Part shown: positions 11,006 to 19,986 of the stretch, in pieces
Layout: each line of letters opens with the position of its first letter
Position numbering within the stretch: position 1 is the stretch's first letter
NCBI GenBank assembly: GCA_963676775.2
Contig: CAXXDA010000001.1
Coordinates: 12,615 to 76,614, forward strand
Reading direction: 5' to 3'
Origin: an uncultured Draconibacterium sp.
GTDB taxonomy: Bacteria > Bacteroidota > Bacteroidia > Bacteroidales > Prolixibacteraceae
DNA: 64,000 bases
Notes under the pieces: generated by a model
Databases searched by the model: none
The model's input: only the letters and a program-made list of their open reading frames with translations
What the model was told of the DNA's origin: nothing
Translations under genes and position numbers: made by a program

Positions 11006-11069
11006 TTTGCATTTTTTATTGAATAAAGTATTCCATTAATCAAATGTATGAATAAAGATTGAAAGGCAT

Positions 11070-11101
11070 AAAAAAAACCGTTCATTGCTGAACGGCTTTT
11101 A
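11070..11101 (-). terminator. Rho-independent terminator after pnp
   Basis: Stem ccgttca (11078-11084) / tgaacgg (11089-11095) with loop ttgc. Flanked by an A8 run (a T8 run on the minus strand) and TTTT on the plus strand. Confidence 0.75.
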
Positions 11102-11114
11102 TATCTTAGTTCTA

Positions 11115-13367
11115 TTAATCGTTATCACGTCGTGGTTTCCAGTTATTGTCCCTTCGGTTATCACGTCGGTTGTTATCCCTTCGATGATTATCACGTCGGT
11201 TGTTATCTCTTCGCGGCGGACGTTCAACATAACCTTCCGGTTTTGGAAGAAGGGCTTTTCTGGAAAGTTTTAATTTACCGGTTTTTTCATCAACTCCGAT
11301 AAGTTTAACTTCCATCATGTCGCCTTCTTTTGTGAATTTCTCAGGAGATTCAACTCTGCTCCAATCCATTTCTGAAACATGTAATAAAGCTTCTTTCCCC
11401 GGAAGAATTTCAATAAATGCACCAAATGAAACTACTGATTTTACTTTTCCTGTATAAACTTCTCCAACCTCTGGAATAGCCGTAATTGCTTTTATGCGTG
11501 CTTTTGCTGCTTCAATAGGTTCAATACCCGCACCTGAAATTTCAACCAATCCAACTTCGTCATTTTCTTCAATAACAATAACGGTTTCCGTTTCTTCCTG
11601 GATGGCCTGAATAATTTTTCCTCCCGGTCCAATCACTGCACCAATCATATCTTTTGGAATATGAATGGTTTCGATACGCGGAACGTTTGGTTTATAGTCG
11701 GCACGTGGTTCAGGAATTACTTCCATCATTTTTTCCATAATGTGTAAACGTCCTTCCTTTGCCTGCTGCAGAGCTTCTGCCAACACTTCATAAGAAAGTC
11801 CGTCCACTTTTATGTCCATTTGGGTTGCAGTAATTCCATCAACGGTTCCTGTAACTTTAAAGTCCATATCGCCAAGGTGGTCTTCGTCACCCAAAATATC
11901 GGAAAGTACGGCATATTTATCCGAATCTTTATCGGTAATTAATCCCATTGCAATTCCTGATACGGGCTTTTTCATTTTCACACCGGCGTCCATTAGTCCC
12001 ATGGTTCCGGCACAAACAGTGGCCATCGACGAAGAACCATTGGATTCCAGAATGTCGGAAACAATTCGGATGATATATGGTAAATCCTGTGGAATCATTT
12101 TTTTCAATGCACGGTGTGCCAGGTTTCCATGCCCAATTTCACGACGACTTAAACCACGTGGTGTTCTGGGCTCACCTACACAAAATGGTGGAAAATTGTA
12201 ATGTAACAGGAATTTTTCTTTTCCCTGAACCGTTACATTGTCAATAATTTTTTCATCCATTTTGGTTCCCAGGGTAATTGAAGTAAGTGATTGCGTTTCG
12301 CCACGGGTAAAAATGGATGATCCATGTGCTCCTGGCAAATAATCTGTTTCGCCCCAAATCGGCCGTATCTGATTGGTTGCTCTTCCATCAAGGCGGATTC
12401 CTTCGTCAAGAATCATGCGGCGCATGGCTTCTTTTTCCACATCATGAAAATACCTTTTGATAAGGTTTTCATTAAGTTCGAGGTCGATTTCTTCATCTTC
12501 AGCATTAGCCTCTTTATATGTTTCAATAAACTCGTCGCGCAGGATTTCAAAAGCTTCCATACGTTCGTGTTTATTGGTAATTTGCCGTTTGGCAATTTCA
12601 TAACACTTGTCGTAAAGTTCAGCTTTTACTTTTTCGCGAAGTTCTTCATCGTTATTTTCGTGAGAGTATTCACGTTTAACGACACCCAATTCGGTTGCCA
12701 GTTCTTCCTGTACTTTGCAGTGTTTTTTAATTTCTTCGTGAGCCACTTTAATGGCTTCCAGCATAACATCTTCCGATACTTCGTCCATTTCGCCTTCTAC
12801 CATCATAATGTTATCGAAAGAGGCACCAACCATAATATCAAGATCGGCTTGCTCCAACTGTGTATAAGTTGGGTTGATAACAAATTTGCCATTAATGCGT
12901 GCAACACGGACTTCCGAAATCGTCGTTTCAAAAGGTACATCGGAAACAGCAATAGCTGCTGATGCTGCCAGTCCAGCCAATGCATCGGGAATATCATCAG
13001 GGCTGGCTGAAATAAGCGAGATCATCATAGCTGTTTCAGCATGATAATCTTCAGGGAAAAGTGGCCGCAATGCACGGTCGACGAGCCTGGCCACAAGGAT
13101 TTCGTCGTCAGACGGGCGGGCTTCCCTTTTTAAGAATCCGCCGGGGAATCGTCCTGCCGCTGAAAATTTTTCACGATAGTCAACCGACAGAGGCATAAAA
13201 TCTACATCTTCTTTGGCTTCTTTTGCCGACACAACTGTGGCCAGCAACATGGTTTCACCCATTCGTACTACAACCGAACCGTCGGCTTGTTTGGCCAGCT
13301 TACCGGTTTCAATGGTAATGCTCCTGCCATCGGCAAGTTCGATTGTTTTAATTTTTGCGTTTACCAT
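11115..13367 (-). CDS. pnp: Polyribonucleotide nucleotidyltransferase (PNPase) with an Arg/Asp/Asn-repeat C-terminal tail
   Basis: 750 aa with two RNase PH domains, KH ('[18 protein letters not shown]') and S1 ('[33 protein letters not shown]'). Located downstream of rpsO, as in most bacteria. Confidence 0.97.
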   Translation of the reverse strand: MVNAKIKTIELADGRSITIETGKLAKQADGSVVVRMGETMLLATVVSAKEAKEDVDFMPLSVDYREKFSAAGRFPGGFLKREARPSDDEILVARLVDRALRPLFPEDYHAETAMMISLISASPDDIPDALAGLAASAAIAVSDVPFETTISEVRVARINGKFVINPTYTQLEQADLDIMVGASFDNIMMVEGEMDEVSEDVMLEAIKVAHEEIKKHCKVQEELATELGVVKREYSHENNDEELREKVKAELYDKCYEIAKRQITNKHERMEAFEILRDEFIETYKEANAEDEEIDLELNENLIKRYFHDVEKEAMRRMILDEGIRLDGRATNQIRPIWGETDYLPGAHGSSIFTRGETQSLTSITLGTKMDEKIIDNVTVQGKEKFLLHYNFPPFCVGEPRTPRGLSRREIGHGNLAHRALKKMIPQDLPYIIRIVSDILESNGSSSMATVCAGTMGLMDAGVKMKKPVSGIAMGLITDKDSDKYAVLSDILGDEDHLGDMDFKVTGTVDGITATQMDIKVDGLSYEVLAEALQQAKEGRLHIMEKMMEVIPEPRADYKPNVPRIETIHIPKDMIGAVIGPGGKIIQAIQEETETVIVIEENDEVGLVEISGAGIEPIEAAKARIKAITAIPEVGEVYTGKVKSVVSFGAFIEILPGKEALLHVSEMDWSRVESPEKFTKEGDMMEVKLIGVDEKTGKLKLSRKALLPKPEGYVERPPRRDNNRRDNHRRDNNRRDNRRDNNWKPRRDND
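11118..11222 (-). repeat. In-frame 15/30-nt tandem repeat encoding (RRDNN)n at the PNPase C-terminus
   Basis: The tail reads [34 protein letters not shown]. The 20-mer ttatcacgtcggttgttatc occurs exactly twice (11158-11177 and 11188-11207), 30 nt apart. Confidence 0.9.
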
Positions 13368-13427
13368 AATGTTTTAAAATTCTTATAAATATAAATAATT
13401 ACAATGGGTGGTGAGGTTTTGCAATTT

Positions 13428-13460
13428 ACAAAAAGAAAGGCAATACACCGCATTGCCTTT
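13428..13460 (-). terminator. Hairpin/terminator between rpsO and pnp
   Basis: Perfect 9-bp stem aaaggcaat (13436-13444) / attgccttt (13452-13460) with a 7-nt loop, followed on the minus strand by CTTTTTGT. A structured rpsO-pnp spacer is a classical attenuation/processing site. Confidence 0.75.
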
Positions 13461-13470
13461 CAAATTTATT

Positions 13471-13740
13471 TTACTTACGTAAGTTCAATTCTTTAATTAC
13501 CGAACGATAGCGTTCAATGTCTTTGCTTTTCAGATAGTCGAGCAAACTACGGCGTTTCCCAACTAATTTAATTAATGCGCGGCGTGTACTGTGGTCTTTT
13601 TTGTTTTGCTTCAGGTGTTCTGTTAGGTGGTTAATCCTGAATGTGAACAATGCAATCTGACCTTCTGTACTTCCTGTGTCTTTTTCACCTTTACCATACT
13701 TGGCAAAGAGTTCTTGTTTCTTTTCTGCTGTTAAATACAT
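13471..13740 (-). CDS. rpsO: 30S ribosomal protein S15
   Basis: 89 aa: 'GSTEGQIALFTFRINHLTEHLKQNKKDHSTRRALIKLVGKRRSLLDYL' is canonical S15. Confidence 0.97.
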   Translation of the reverse strand: MYLTAEKKQELFAKYGKGEKDTGSTEGQIALFTFRINHLTEHLKQNKKDHSTRRALIKLVGKRRSLLDYLKSKDIERYRSVIKELNLRK

Positions 13741-13930
13741 TTTAAAGAACTGTTATTAAGTTATACAATATTTAAACCGCAGCATCGCGTTAAATAACAA
13801 CGGCTTAAAATTAATTCGGCGCAAAAATAGTAAAAGATTTTGATTTACAAGTTTATACGCCGTAGTTATTTTACTGTTTTTTTTTTAATGATTGATCTGG
13901 AAATCAACGTATTCGATCTCCGTATCCCAA

Positions 13931-15247
13931 CTAAATTCCGCTAAAATCAACACCTTCAAATAAAACAGAAGGAGTTAACCAGGATGAATTGGTATTCACA
14001 TCGTTGCCAATTTCGCCAATATTCGACCAAAGAGTTAGCATATTCCCGGTAATGTTCATTTCTGATACGGGTTGCACTACTTCTCCGTTTTCAATCAGGA
14101 AACCTTCAATTCCATAAGAGAAATCTCCTGTAGTACCGTTACTGTTTCCACCGTTGAATCCGGTAACCAGAATCCCTTTTTTTACTTTAGTGACCAATTC
14201 CAGCATATTCTTATCTCCGGTTTCAAAAACCAGGTTGGTTATATTACCGCTGGTAGGAGACATACTTAGCTTTTTGCCGTAATATGTGTCGATGTAATAG
14301 TTCTTAAGCACACCTTTCTCAAACACATGACGTTTTTGGGTGGCTAGTCCTTCGCCATCAAAAAGTCTAGAGCCACGGCCTGAAACAATGAATGGATCAT
14401 CGGTTATAGTTAGCTTTTCAGAAACTACCTTTTCTCCCAGTTTGTCAATTAAAAACGAATTCTTTTGCTGGATAGCAGAACCGTTAAGGGCCGACATTAA
14501 TGGCCCCAGAATTCGACCCACCTGGCGATTATCTACAATCATCGGCATTTTGCCGGAAGCAATTTTTTTCTGACCTATTTTTTTAATTGCCCTGTCCAAA
14601 GCCATTTCTCCAATGCCTTCTTTTTTTAGCTTATCATAAAACAAAGCACTTTCATTCCAGTACGATTCAGGGCGGGCATCGCTATCTTTTACTGATACTT
14701 CAGCATAAAGAGCGTAGTATGAATTTGCCATGTCACCTGCAAAACCATTGCTGGTAACCATTACTCTTTCATTGGTCCCATCAGAGTAGCTTGCCGAAAC
14801 CGAAATTAATCGATTGTCTTTCCCCAGCACTTCATTCTCTGTTGTAAATGCAAGATTGATTTTTTGTTGTGGGTTGATGGTTTCATAATTGGAATCCAAT
14901 ACCTGTAAATCTGTTTTTTGCCCTTTAAAATAAAGATCGGGTTCAGGGAGAGTCCGGAATTCATCTTCCGAAAGATATTTTGTGCCGGCAATGGCTTCTG
15001 TTATAAAATGGGCCAGATCCTCCTTTGTGAGTCTGTTTGTTGAATGTACCGAATATTTTTTATCTACATAAAGCCGGATGGTTAGACCGCTTTGAATGGC
15101 TTGTTCCAACTTGTCAATTTTTTTATCACGAACCTCAATGCTGTTGCTGCGACTGTTGGAAATACTTACGCTAACTTGATTGGCTCCATTCTTAAGAGCA
15201 TGATTCATTGCCCATTTAGCCAATGTATATTTTTCTTTTTTTGTCAT
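13931..15247 (-). CDS. pmbA: PmbA/TldE-family metalloprotease subunit
   Basis: 438 aa from the TldD/PmbA fold family. It lacks the HExxxH motif carried by the upstream partner. Paired with tldD across a 28-nt gap. Confidence 0.85.
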   Translation of the reverse strand: MTKKEKYTLAKWAMNHALKNGANQVSVSISNSRSNSIEVRDKKIDKLEQAIQSGLTIRLYVDKKYSVHSTNRLTKEDLAHFITEAIAGTKYLSEDEFRTLPEPDLYFKGQKTDLQVLDSNYETINPQQKINLAFTTENEVLGKDNRLISVSASYSDGTNERVMVTSNGFAGDMANSYYALYAEVSVKDSDARPESYWNESALFYDKLKKEGIGEMALDRAIKKIGQKKIASGKMPMIVDNRQVGRILGPLMSALNGSAIQQKNSFLIDKLGEKVVSEKLTITDDPFIVSGRGSRLFDGEGLATQKRHVFEKGVLKNYYIDTYYGKKLSMSPTSGNITNLVFETGDKNMLELVTKVKKGILVTGFNGGNSNGTTGDFSYGIEGFLIENGEVVQPVSEMNITGNMLTLWSNIGEIGNDVNTNSSWLTPSVLFEGVDFSGI

Positions 15248-15275
15248 TTTAAGTCAACTTTAAATATGGATGAAA

Positions 15276-16754
15276 TCAGGAGCTGGTACCACCAACGGTT
15301 AGCTTTTTTACTAAAACGGTGGGTAGCCCGCAGGTTACCGGAACCGATTGCCCGTCTTTTCCGCAAGTCCAGGTTCCGTTGTCAATTTTATAATCGTTGG
15401 CAGCCATTGAAATATCGGCCAGAGCCTGCGGCCCGTTCCCAATGATATTGATGTCTTTTATCGGCTGTGTAAGTTTTCCCTTTTCTATAAGGTAGCCCGA
15501 TTTTACAAAGAAAGTGAAATCGCCGGCACCAATTTGTACCTGTCCGTTACTGAAATTATCGACATAAACACCATAATCTACATTCGAAATAATATCATTC
15601 TTCGAGCTAGTTCCCGCTTCCATGTATGTTGCACGCATTCTGGGGATGGGAATATTTCTAAACGACTCGCGTCGTCCGTTTCCGGTAGGAGTTACCCCAT
15701 AATAATTTGCACTAATACGATCATGTATGTAGCTGTTCAAAATACCGTCTTTTACAAGATAGGTTTTTTGAACGTCGTTTCCTTCATCGTCGATGTTAAT
15801 AGAACCCCGGTTATTTTCCAACGTTCCGTCATCAATAATATTAATGAAGTTTTCTGCTACTTTTTTACCCATTTTATCGCTGAATATGGATGTCCCTTTA
15901 CGGTTAAAATCAGCTTCGAAGGTGTGGCCAATGGCCTCGTGTAACAGTATTCCTGAACCGCCCGCACCCATGACAACAGGCATTTCGCCGGCTTTGGGTT
16001 TGGTTGCTTTAAACAATAGGTTGGTACGGTCAACAGCTTCGTTAGCCAGTTTGTCCACCAAATCGTCGGTTAGCCATTCAAAGCCTTTTCTGAAAGAACG
16101 GGCAGCATAGGCATTTTCAATCTGTTTGTCCTTTTGCATAATAGAAACTACGCCAAAACTTATCATGGGCCGGTAATCGTATGACAATCTTCCTTCTGAA
16201 TTATAGAAAAGTATATAGCTGGTTTCGTCATTCATAAAAGCATTTACTTTAATTACTTTATCATCCAGGCTAAAAACTTTGTCGTTTATTTTTTGAACAA
16301 AAGGAACCTTATCTTTAACCGATACATCTTCCCACAATTTCTGTATGGAGTAATAATTCGAAGGAATTTTCTCATTTATGTCAACAGGAATTGATTTGGC
16401 CTTGCTGTTTGCAATATTTGCCGCCAGTTTGGCTGCATTTAGCATGGCATCGAGCGTAACCGTTTCAGAATAGGCAAAGCCTGTCTGGTCACCTTTTAGC
16501 ACGCGAATGCCAACGCCAAAATCAATATTGGAATAAGCCCTGTTTACTTTACCGTCTTCCAGTCCCAGACTCTTTGATATTTTGTGTTCAAAAAAAAGGT
16601 CGGCATAATCACCTCCTTTGCCCATGGCTGCAGCTATAACTTTTTGCAGCATTTCGGCAGAAACTTCAAAATGGTCTAAATAATTTTTCACACTTCCGTA
16701 TATTTTAATGTTTTTCCCTGTCTGTAGTAAAGGATGTCGTAACAAATTTTCCAC
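15276..16754 (-). CDS. tldD: TldD-family metalloprotease
   Basis: 492 aa with 'HEAIGHTFEAD' (HExxxH) and 'GDYADLFFEH' near the N-terminus. The start is a GTG. An in-frame TAA at 16776-16778 excludes a longer N-terminus. Confidence 0.88.
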   Translation of the reverse strand: MENLLRHPLLQTGKNIKIYGSVKNYLDHFEVSAEMLQKVIAAAMGKGGDYADLFFEHKISKSLGLEDGKVNRAYSNIDFGVGIRVLKGDQTGFAYSETVTLDAMLNAAKLAANIANSKAKSIPVDINEKIPSNYYSIQKLWEDVSVKDKVPFVQKINDKVFSLDDKVIKVNAFMNDETSYILFYNSEGRLSYDYRPMISFGVVSIMQKDKQIENAYAARSFRKGFEWLTDDLVDKLANEAVDRTNLLFKATKPKAGEMPVVMGAGGSGILLHEAIGHTFEADFNRKGTSIFSDKMGKKVAENFINIIDDGTLENNRGSINIDDEGNDVQKTYLVKDGILNSYIHDRISANYYGVTPTGNGRRESFRNIPIPRMRATYMEAGTSSKNDIISNVDYGVYVDNFSNGQVQIGAGDFTFFVKSGYLIEKGKLTQPIKDINIIGNGPQALADISMAANDYKIDNGTWTCGKDGQSVPVTCGLPTVLVKKLTVGGTSS

Positions 16755-17114
16755 TACAGCAAGTCCACCTGTTTCTTAAATTTATTGGTCTTATATAAAA
16801 TATAAATGGCAAGAAATGTTCAGTTTAACCAAAGCAATTTTTGTTTAATTTTATATAACAAGTAAATGAACGCCTAAAATTACACTTTTGACTCAAACAA
16901 GTTGAATAAATAACAATTCTTCTGAATATAAAGTCATTTTTATTGGGATAGCAGATATGAGTAATAGGGTGTGTGAAAAAGAGGGTTGTTTTTGAAATTT
17001 TTGGCTAATTTAATTGAGGTATTGCCTCAAATTATGTGTATGTTTGAGAAAAAATATATTAATTCATTTTTCGAGGTGGCGTTTTGTAGGGGGCATTGAC
17101 AAAAATCTAAATTT

Positions 17115-17144
17115 AATGTAAAATTAGTATTAAATTTTTACATT
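17115..17144. promoter_or_regulatory. Perfect inverted repeat AATGTAAAA-N12-TTTTACATT upstream of GSII (candidate operator)
   Basis: Arms at 17115-17123 and 17136-17144 are exact reverse complements. The repeat lies 94-123 nt upstream of the GSII ATG, in the 483-bp divergent spacer. Confidence 0.35.
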
Positions 17145-17181
17145 TTGCTATTAAAACAGGCAGGGACATTTCATTTTAAAA

Positions 17182-17189
17182 TATTTTTG
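17182..17189 (+). promoter_or_regulatory. Bacteroidota-type -7 promoter box (TATTTTTG = TAnnTTTG) for GSII
   Basis: Exact match to the TAnnTTTG consensus, 49 nt upstream of the ATG at 17238. Confidence 0.4.
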
Positions 17190-17237
17190 TGTCTATAAGT
17201 TAGAAAAAGATTGCATTAATAAATAAATAATTACATC

Positions 17238-18251
17238 ATGAAATCAAAATTGGAATACATTTGGCTGGATGGTACGGAACCAACTCAGCAGTTAAGATCT
17301 AAAACGCGCGTTGCAAAAGATTTTAGCGGGAAATTGGAAGATTGCCCGATATGGAACTTTGATGGTTCTTCAACCAATCAATCAGGAGGTGGAAAATCTG
17401 ACCTTTTACTTAAACCTGTTTTTATTTGTCCTGATCCTGATCGCAAAAATGCATATCTGGTAATGACCGAAGTGTTAAACGCTGATGGAACACCTCATGA
17501 AACCAATGGTCGTTCTCATATTGAAGAAGAAGACGAAGACTTTTGGTTTGGATTTGAACAGGAATATTTCATTTATGATCCACAAACAAGGCTTCCTTTA
17601 GGTTTTCCGGCAGGCGGATTTCCTCAACCACAGGGACCTTACTATTGCGGCGTAGGCGGTTCTAAAGCTTTCGGTCGGGAAATTGTGGAAGAACATTTTG
17701 ATCTTTGTTTGGAAGCCGGGCTAAATGTAGAAGGTATTAATGCCGAAGTTGCTGCCGGACAGTGGGAATTCCAGATTTTTGCCAAAGGAGCACATAATGC
17801 GGGAGACCAGATTTGGATGGCTCGTTATCTTGCAGAAAGAACAGCTGAGAAATACGGTCTTGACATTGAATGGCATCCAAAACCACTTGGTAAAGATTTA
17901 GACTGGAATGGTTCAGGTATGCATGCCAACTTCTCTAATGGATTGATGCGTACTTGTGGAGACGAAAATGTATTTAAGGCAATCTGTGAAGAGTTTGGAA
18001 AACATATTCCGGAACACATTGAAGTTTATGGAGCAGGTAATGACCAAAGACTTACCGGGAAACATGAAACACAGTCGATTGATCAATTCAGTTATGGTGC
18101 ATTCGACCGTGGTGCTTCTATTCGTATTCCGGTTAATACAATTGAAGATGGATGGAAAGGACGTTTGGAAGATCGTCGTCCTGCTTCAAATGGTGATCCA
18201 TACAAAATTGCTGCACGTATTATTAAAACAGTAAAGCAGGTTAAAATGTAA
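17238..18251 (+). CDS. glnII: Glutamine synthetase type II (eukaryote-like GSII)
   Basis: 337 aa. 'LEYIWLDGTEPTQQLRSKT', 'WFGFEQEYF', 'GINAEVAAGQWEFQI', 'NGSGMHANFS' and 'GASIRIP...LEDRRPASNGDPY' closely resemble rhizobial/streptomycete GSII as I recall it. Confidence 0.93.
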   Translation: MKSKLEYIWLDGTEPTQQLRSKTRVAKDFSGKLEDCPIWNFDGSSTNQSGGGKSDLLLKPVFICPDPDRKNAYLVMTEVLNADGTPHETNGRSHIEEEDEDFWFGFEQEYFIYDPQTRLPLGFPAGGFPQPQGPYYCGVGGSKAFGREIVEEHFDLCLEAGLNVEGINAEVAAGQWEFQIFAKGAHNAGDQIWMARYLAERTAEKYGLDIEWHPKPLGKDLDWNGSGMHANFSNGLMRTCGDENVFKAICEEFGKHIPEHIEVYGAGNDQRLTGKHETQSIDQFSYGAFDRGASIRIPVNTIEDGWKGRLEDRRPASNGDPYKIAARIIKTVKQVKM

Positions 18252-18277
18252 AGCTTAACTTACTCAAGATATATTAA

Positions 18278-18307
18278 AAGCTGTCTCGCCGAGGCAGCTT
18301 TTTTTTG
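18278..18307 (+). terminator. Rho-independent terminator after GSII
   Basis: Stem aagctgtctc / gaggcagctt (one G-U pair) with loop gcc, followed by T9. Confidence 0.8.
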
Positions 18308-18424
18308 GCCCAAATTGGTAATATTTGAAAAATGTAAGTTAAAAAAATTGCTTTGTTTTGGGCTGTTAGTATGATTATAACAATTGTGGGCATTCTCCTG
18401 TATTCTGCTAATTAATCGCAGATA

Positions 18425-19954
18425 TTAAAATTCCATTGTAGCTCCTGTAAATCCATCAGTTCCTGATAATGCTCTGCCTGCGTTAGGAGTGATGGCCTTT
18501 TCACTATTTACAACTTTATATAGCTCCTTTTGATTACTATAATTATTTATGGTAAATTCGGGTAGACTAAATGATTTAATAAAATCTTTATAAAACAGAG
18601 GGTCCTTTTGCGGAAGGATAAAAGGCTTTCCAATATTTCCCAAATCATTAAAATTTGTAAACCATAAAGTTGTATGTGCCCCGTCTATCGCTTTGCTCGA
18701 ATACACAATCCACCGTCCGTTTTTCGACCAACAGTGATAACCTTCAGCAAAATTACTGTTGATGCTCTCTATTTTCCTATATTTTTTAGTTTCTAAATCT
18801 AAAATCCATAAATCTGATTCCTTGTGGAAAAGAGGGAAATTACCATAATCCAAAGCACAAAATAGGATATATCTGCCATCAGGAGACAACCTGGGTAAAA
18901 CAATACTTTTATTAATATTGTCTGCTTTCAAAATACACTCCGGATTACCAAAACGTTTTTCCTTTCCATAAAAGCGGATGCGCATTAAATCATATTTTAC
19001 ATTTTTGTATTTAGCTATATCAAAGAGTGTTTTTGCCGAATCGGCATAATTATATGAAGTACGGCAGTAGTATAAAAAGTTACCCTTCGGATCCCAGCAG
19101 GGATATGTTTCAAGATATTTTTCACCATATATCAGGCTGTCGGAAAACATAATATTATTGTCGATATTATATATCACTAAGTCAGATGAAACATCGTATG
19201 CATCTCTTCGCTGTGCCGAGGTATACATTACTTGTTTAACTTTATTTGCAGAGAAAGCAATATACTCATGCGATGGGTGCCATGCCGCATAGGTTGCAAA
19301 ATTATTCATTGCCCCGGTTTTAGGCATTATCTTGAAAATCTTCTTTTTCGAAGATATTACTGTACCACCTAATTCATTTTCACGTCCGTGGAACATTGAA
19401 TACTGCGAATCGTTATCTGCATAAACATGACAATTGAAACATAAATTCTCACAATTAGCTTTTATGATCGGCTGTACATCAAAATTTGAGATATTTCTTC
19501 TGTATATACCAGCATTATTTAGAACATTGAATGATGGTAAAAAGTAACGATAAGTAATATATGGATCAATTGAATCGCGAATAATGGTATTCTCAAATGA
19601 AGGGAACTTAATCCACTTATTATCCCTTTTTAAATATATAGTATAATTTAATTTTTTACTTTTATTTATGAGTTTCTGCCATTTTTTATTTCTAATCTTC
19701 AGAATCCCGGATTTATTTTTTTTATTAAAGGAGGTTCCATTTGTTGAAGAGATAGAGAAAAAATAACAATCGGCCGAATCGGTAACCGAAAAATTCAATG
19801 CTGAAATATTAGGTGGTAATATAATATTTTTGTAATCAGGATATACGTTTATTTCTTTGTTTGCCTCGATAAAAGCGTCTGGAACCTTTTTGCACGACGT
19901 ACTATACAGGCAAACGGTCAGTATAAAAATATATATGCATGGTTTTGTGTTCAT
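18425..19954 (-). CDS. Lipoprotein with a single CXXCH motif and a TolB/PD40-like beta-propeller C-terminal half (function unknown)
   Basis: 509 aa with a signal peptide and Cys (CLYSTSC). 'NCENLCFNCH' occupies residues 167-176. The C-terminal half has PD40-like strands ('LSPDGRYILF', 'WSKNGRWIVYSS'). Very AT-rich coding sequence. Confidence 0.55.
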   Translation of the reverse strand: MNTKPCIYIFILTVCLYSTSCKKVPDAFIEANKEINVYPDYKNIILPPNISALNFSVTDSADCYFFSISSTNGTSFNKKNKSGILKIRNKKWQKLINKSKKLNYTIYLKRDNKWIKFPSFENTIIRDSIDPYITYRYFLPSFNVLNNAGIYRRNISNFDVQPIIKANCENLCFNCHVYADNDSQYSMFHGRENELGGTVISSKKKIFKIMPKTGAMNNFATYAAWHPSHEYIAFSANKVKQVMYTSAQRRDAYDVSSDLVIYNIDNNIMFSDSLIYGEKYLETYPCWDPKGNFLYYCRTSYNYADSAKTLFDIAKYKNVKYDLMRIRFYGKEKRFGNPECILKADNINKSIVLPRLSPDGRYILFCALDYGNFPLFHKESDLWILDLETKKYRKIESINSNFAEGYHCWSKNGRWIVYSSKAIDGAHTTLWFTNFNDLGNIGKPFILPQKDPLFYKDFIKSFSLPEFTINNYSNQKELYKVVNSEKAITPNAGRALSGTDGFTGATMEF

Positions 19955-19986
19955 CTCTTTTTACTGAATTTATATGTCAATGAATA

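Noticed and set aside
11085-11273. 62-aa plus-strand ORF with VITS/VVIP repeats
   Set aside because: It is the antisense image of the RRDNN tandem repeat at the pnp 3' end, not an independent gene.
12324-12962. 212-aa plus-strand ORF (and others at 11812..12201, 12413..12601 and 12803..12997) inside pnp
   Set aside because: These are antisense or alternative-frame ORFs within a highly conserved gene. The translation is Phe/Ile-rich low complexity, typical of the complement of GAA/AAA-rich coding sequence.
16755-16830. Possible missed N-terminal (Tat/signal) extension or frameshift at the start of tldD, because upstream codons read ..ETGGLAVV
   Set aside because: There is an in-frame TAA at 16776-16778, only 7 codons upstream of the GTG start. 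No ATG occurs in any frame within the preceding roughly 100 nt. The resemblance to a Tat signal is too weak.
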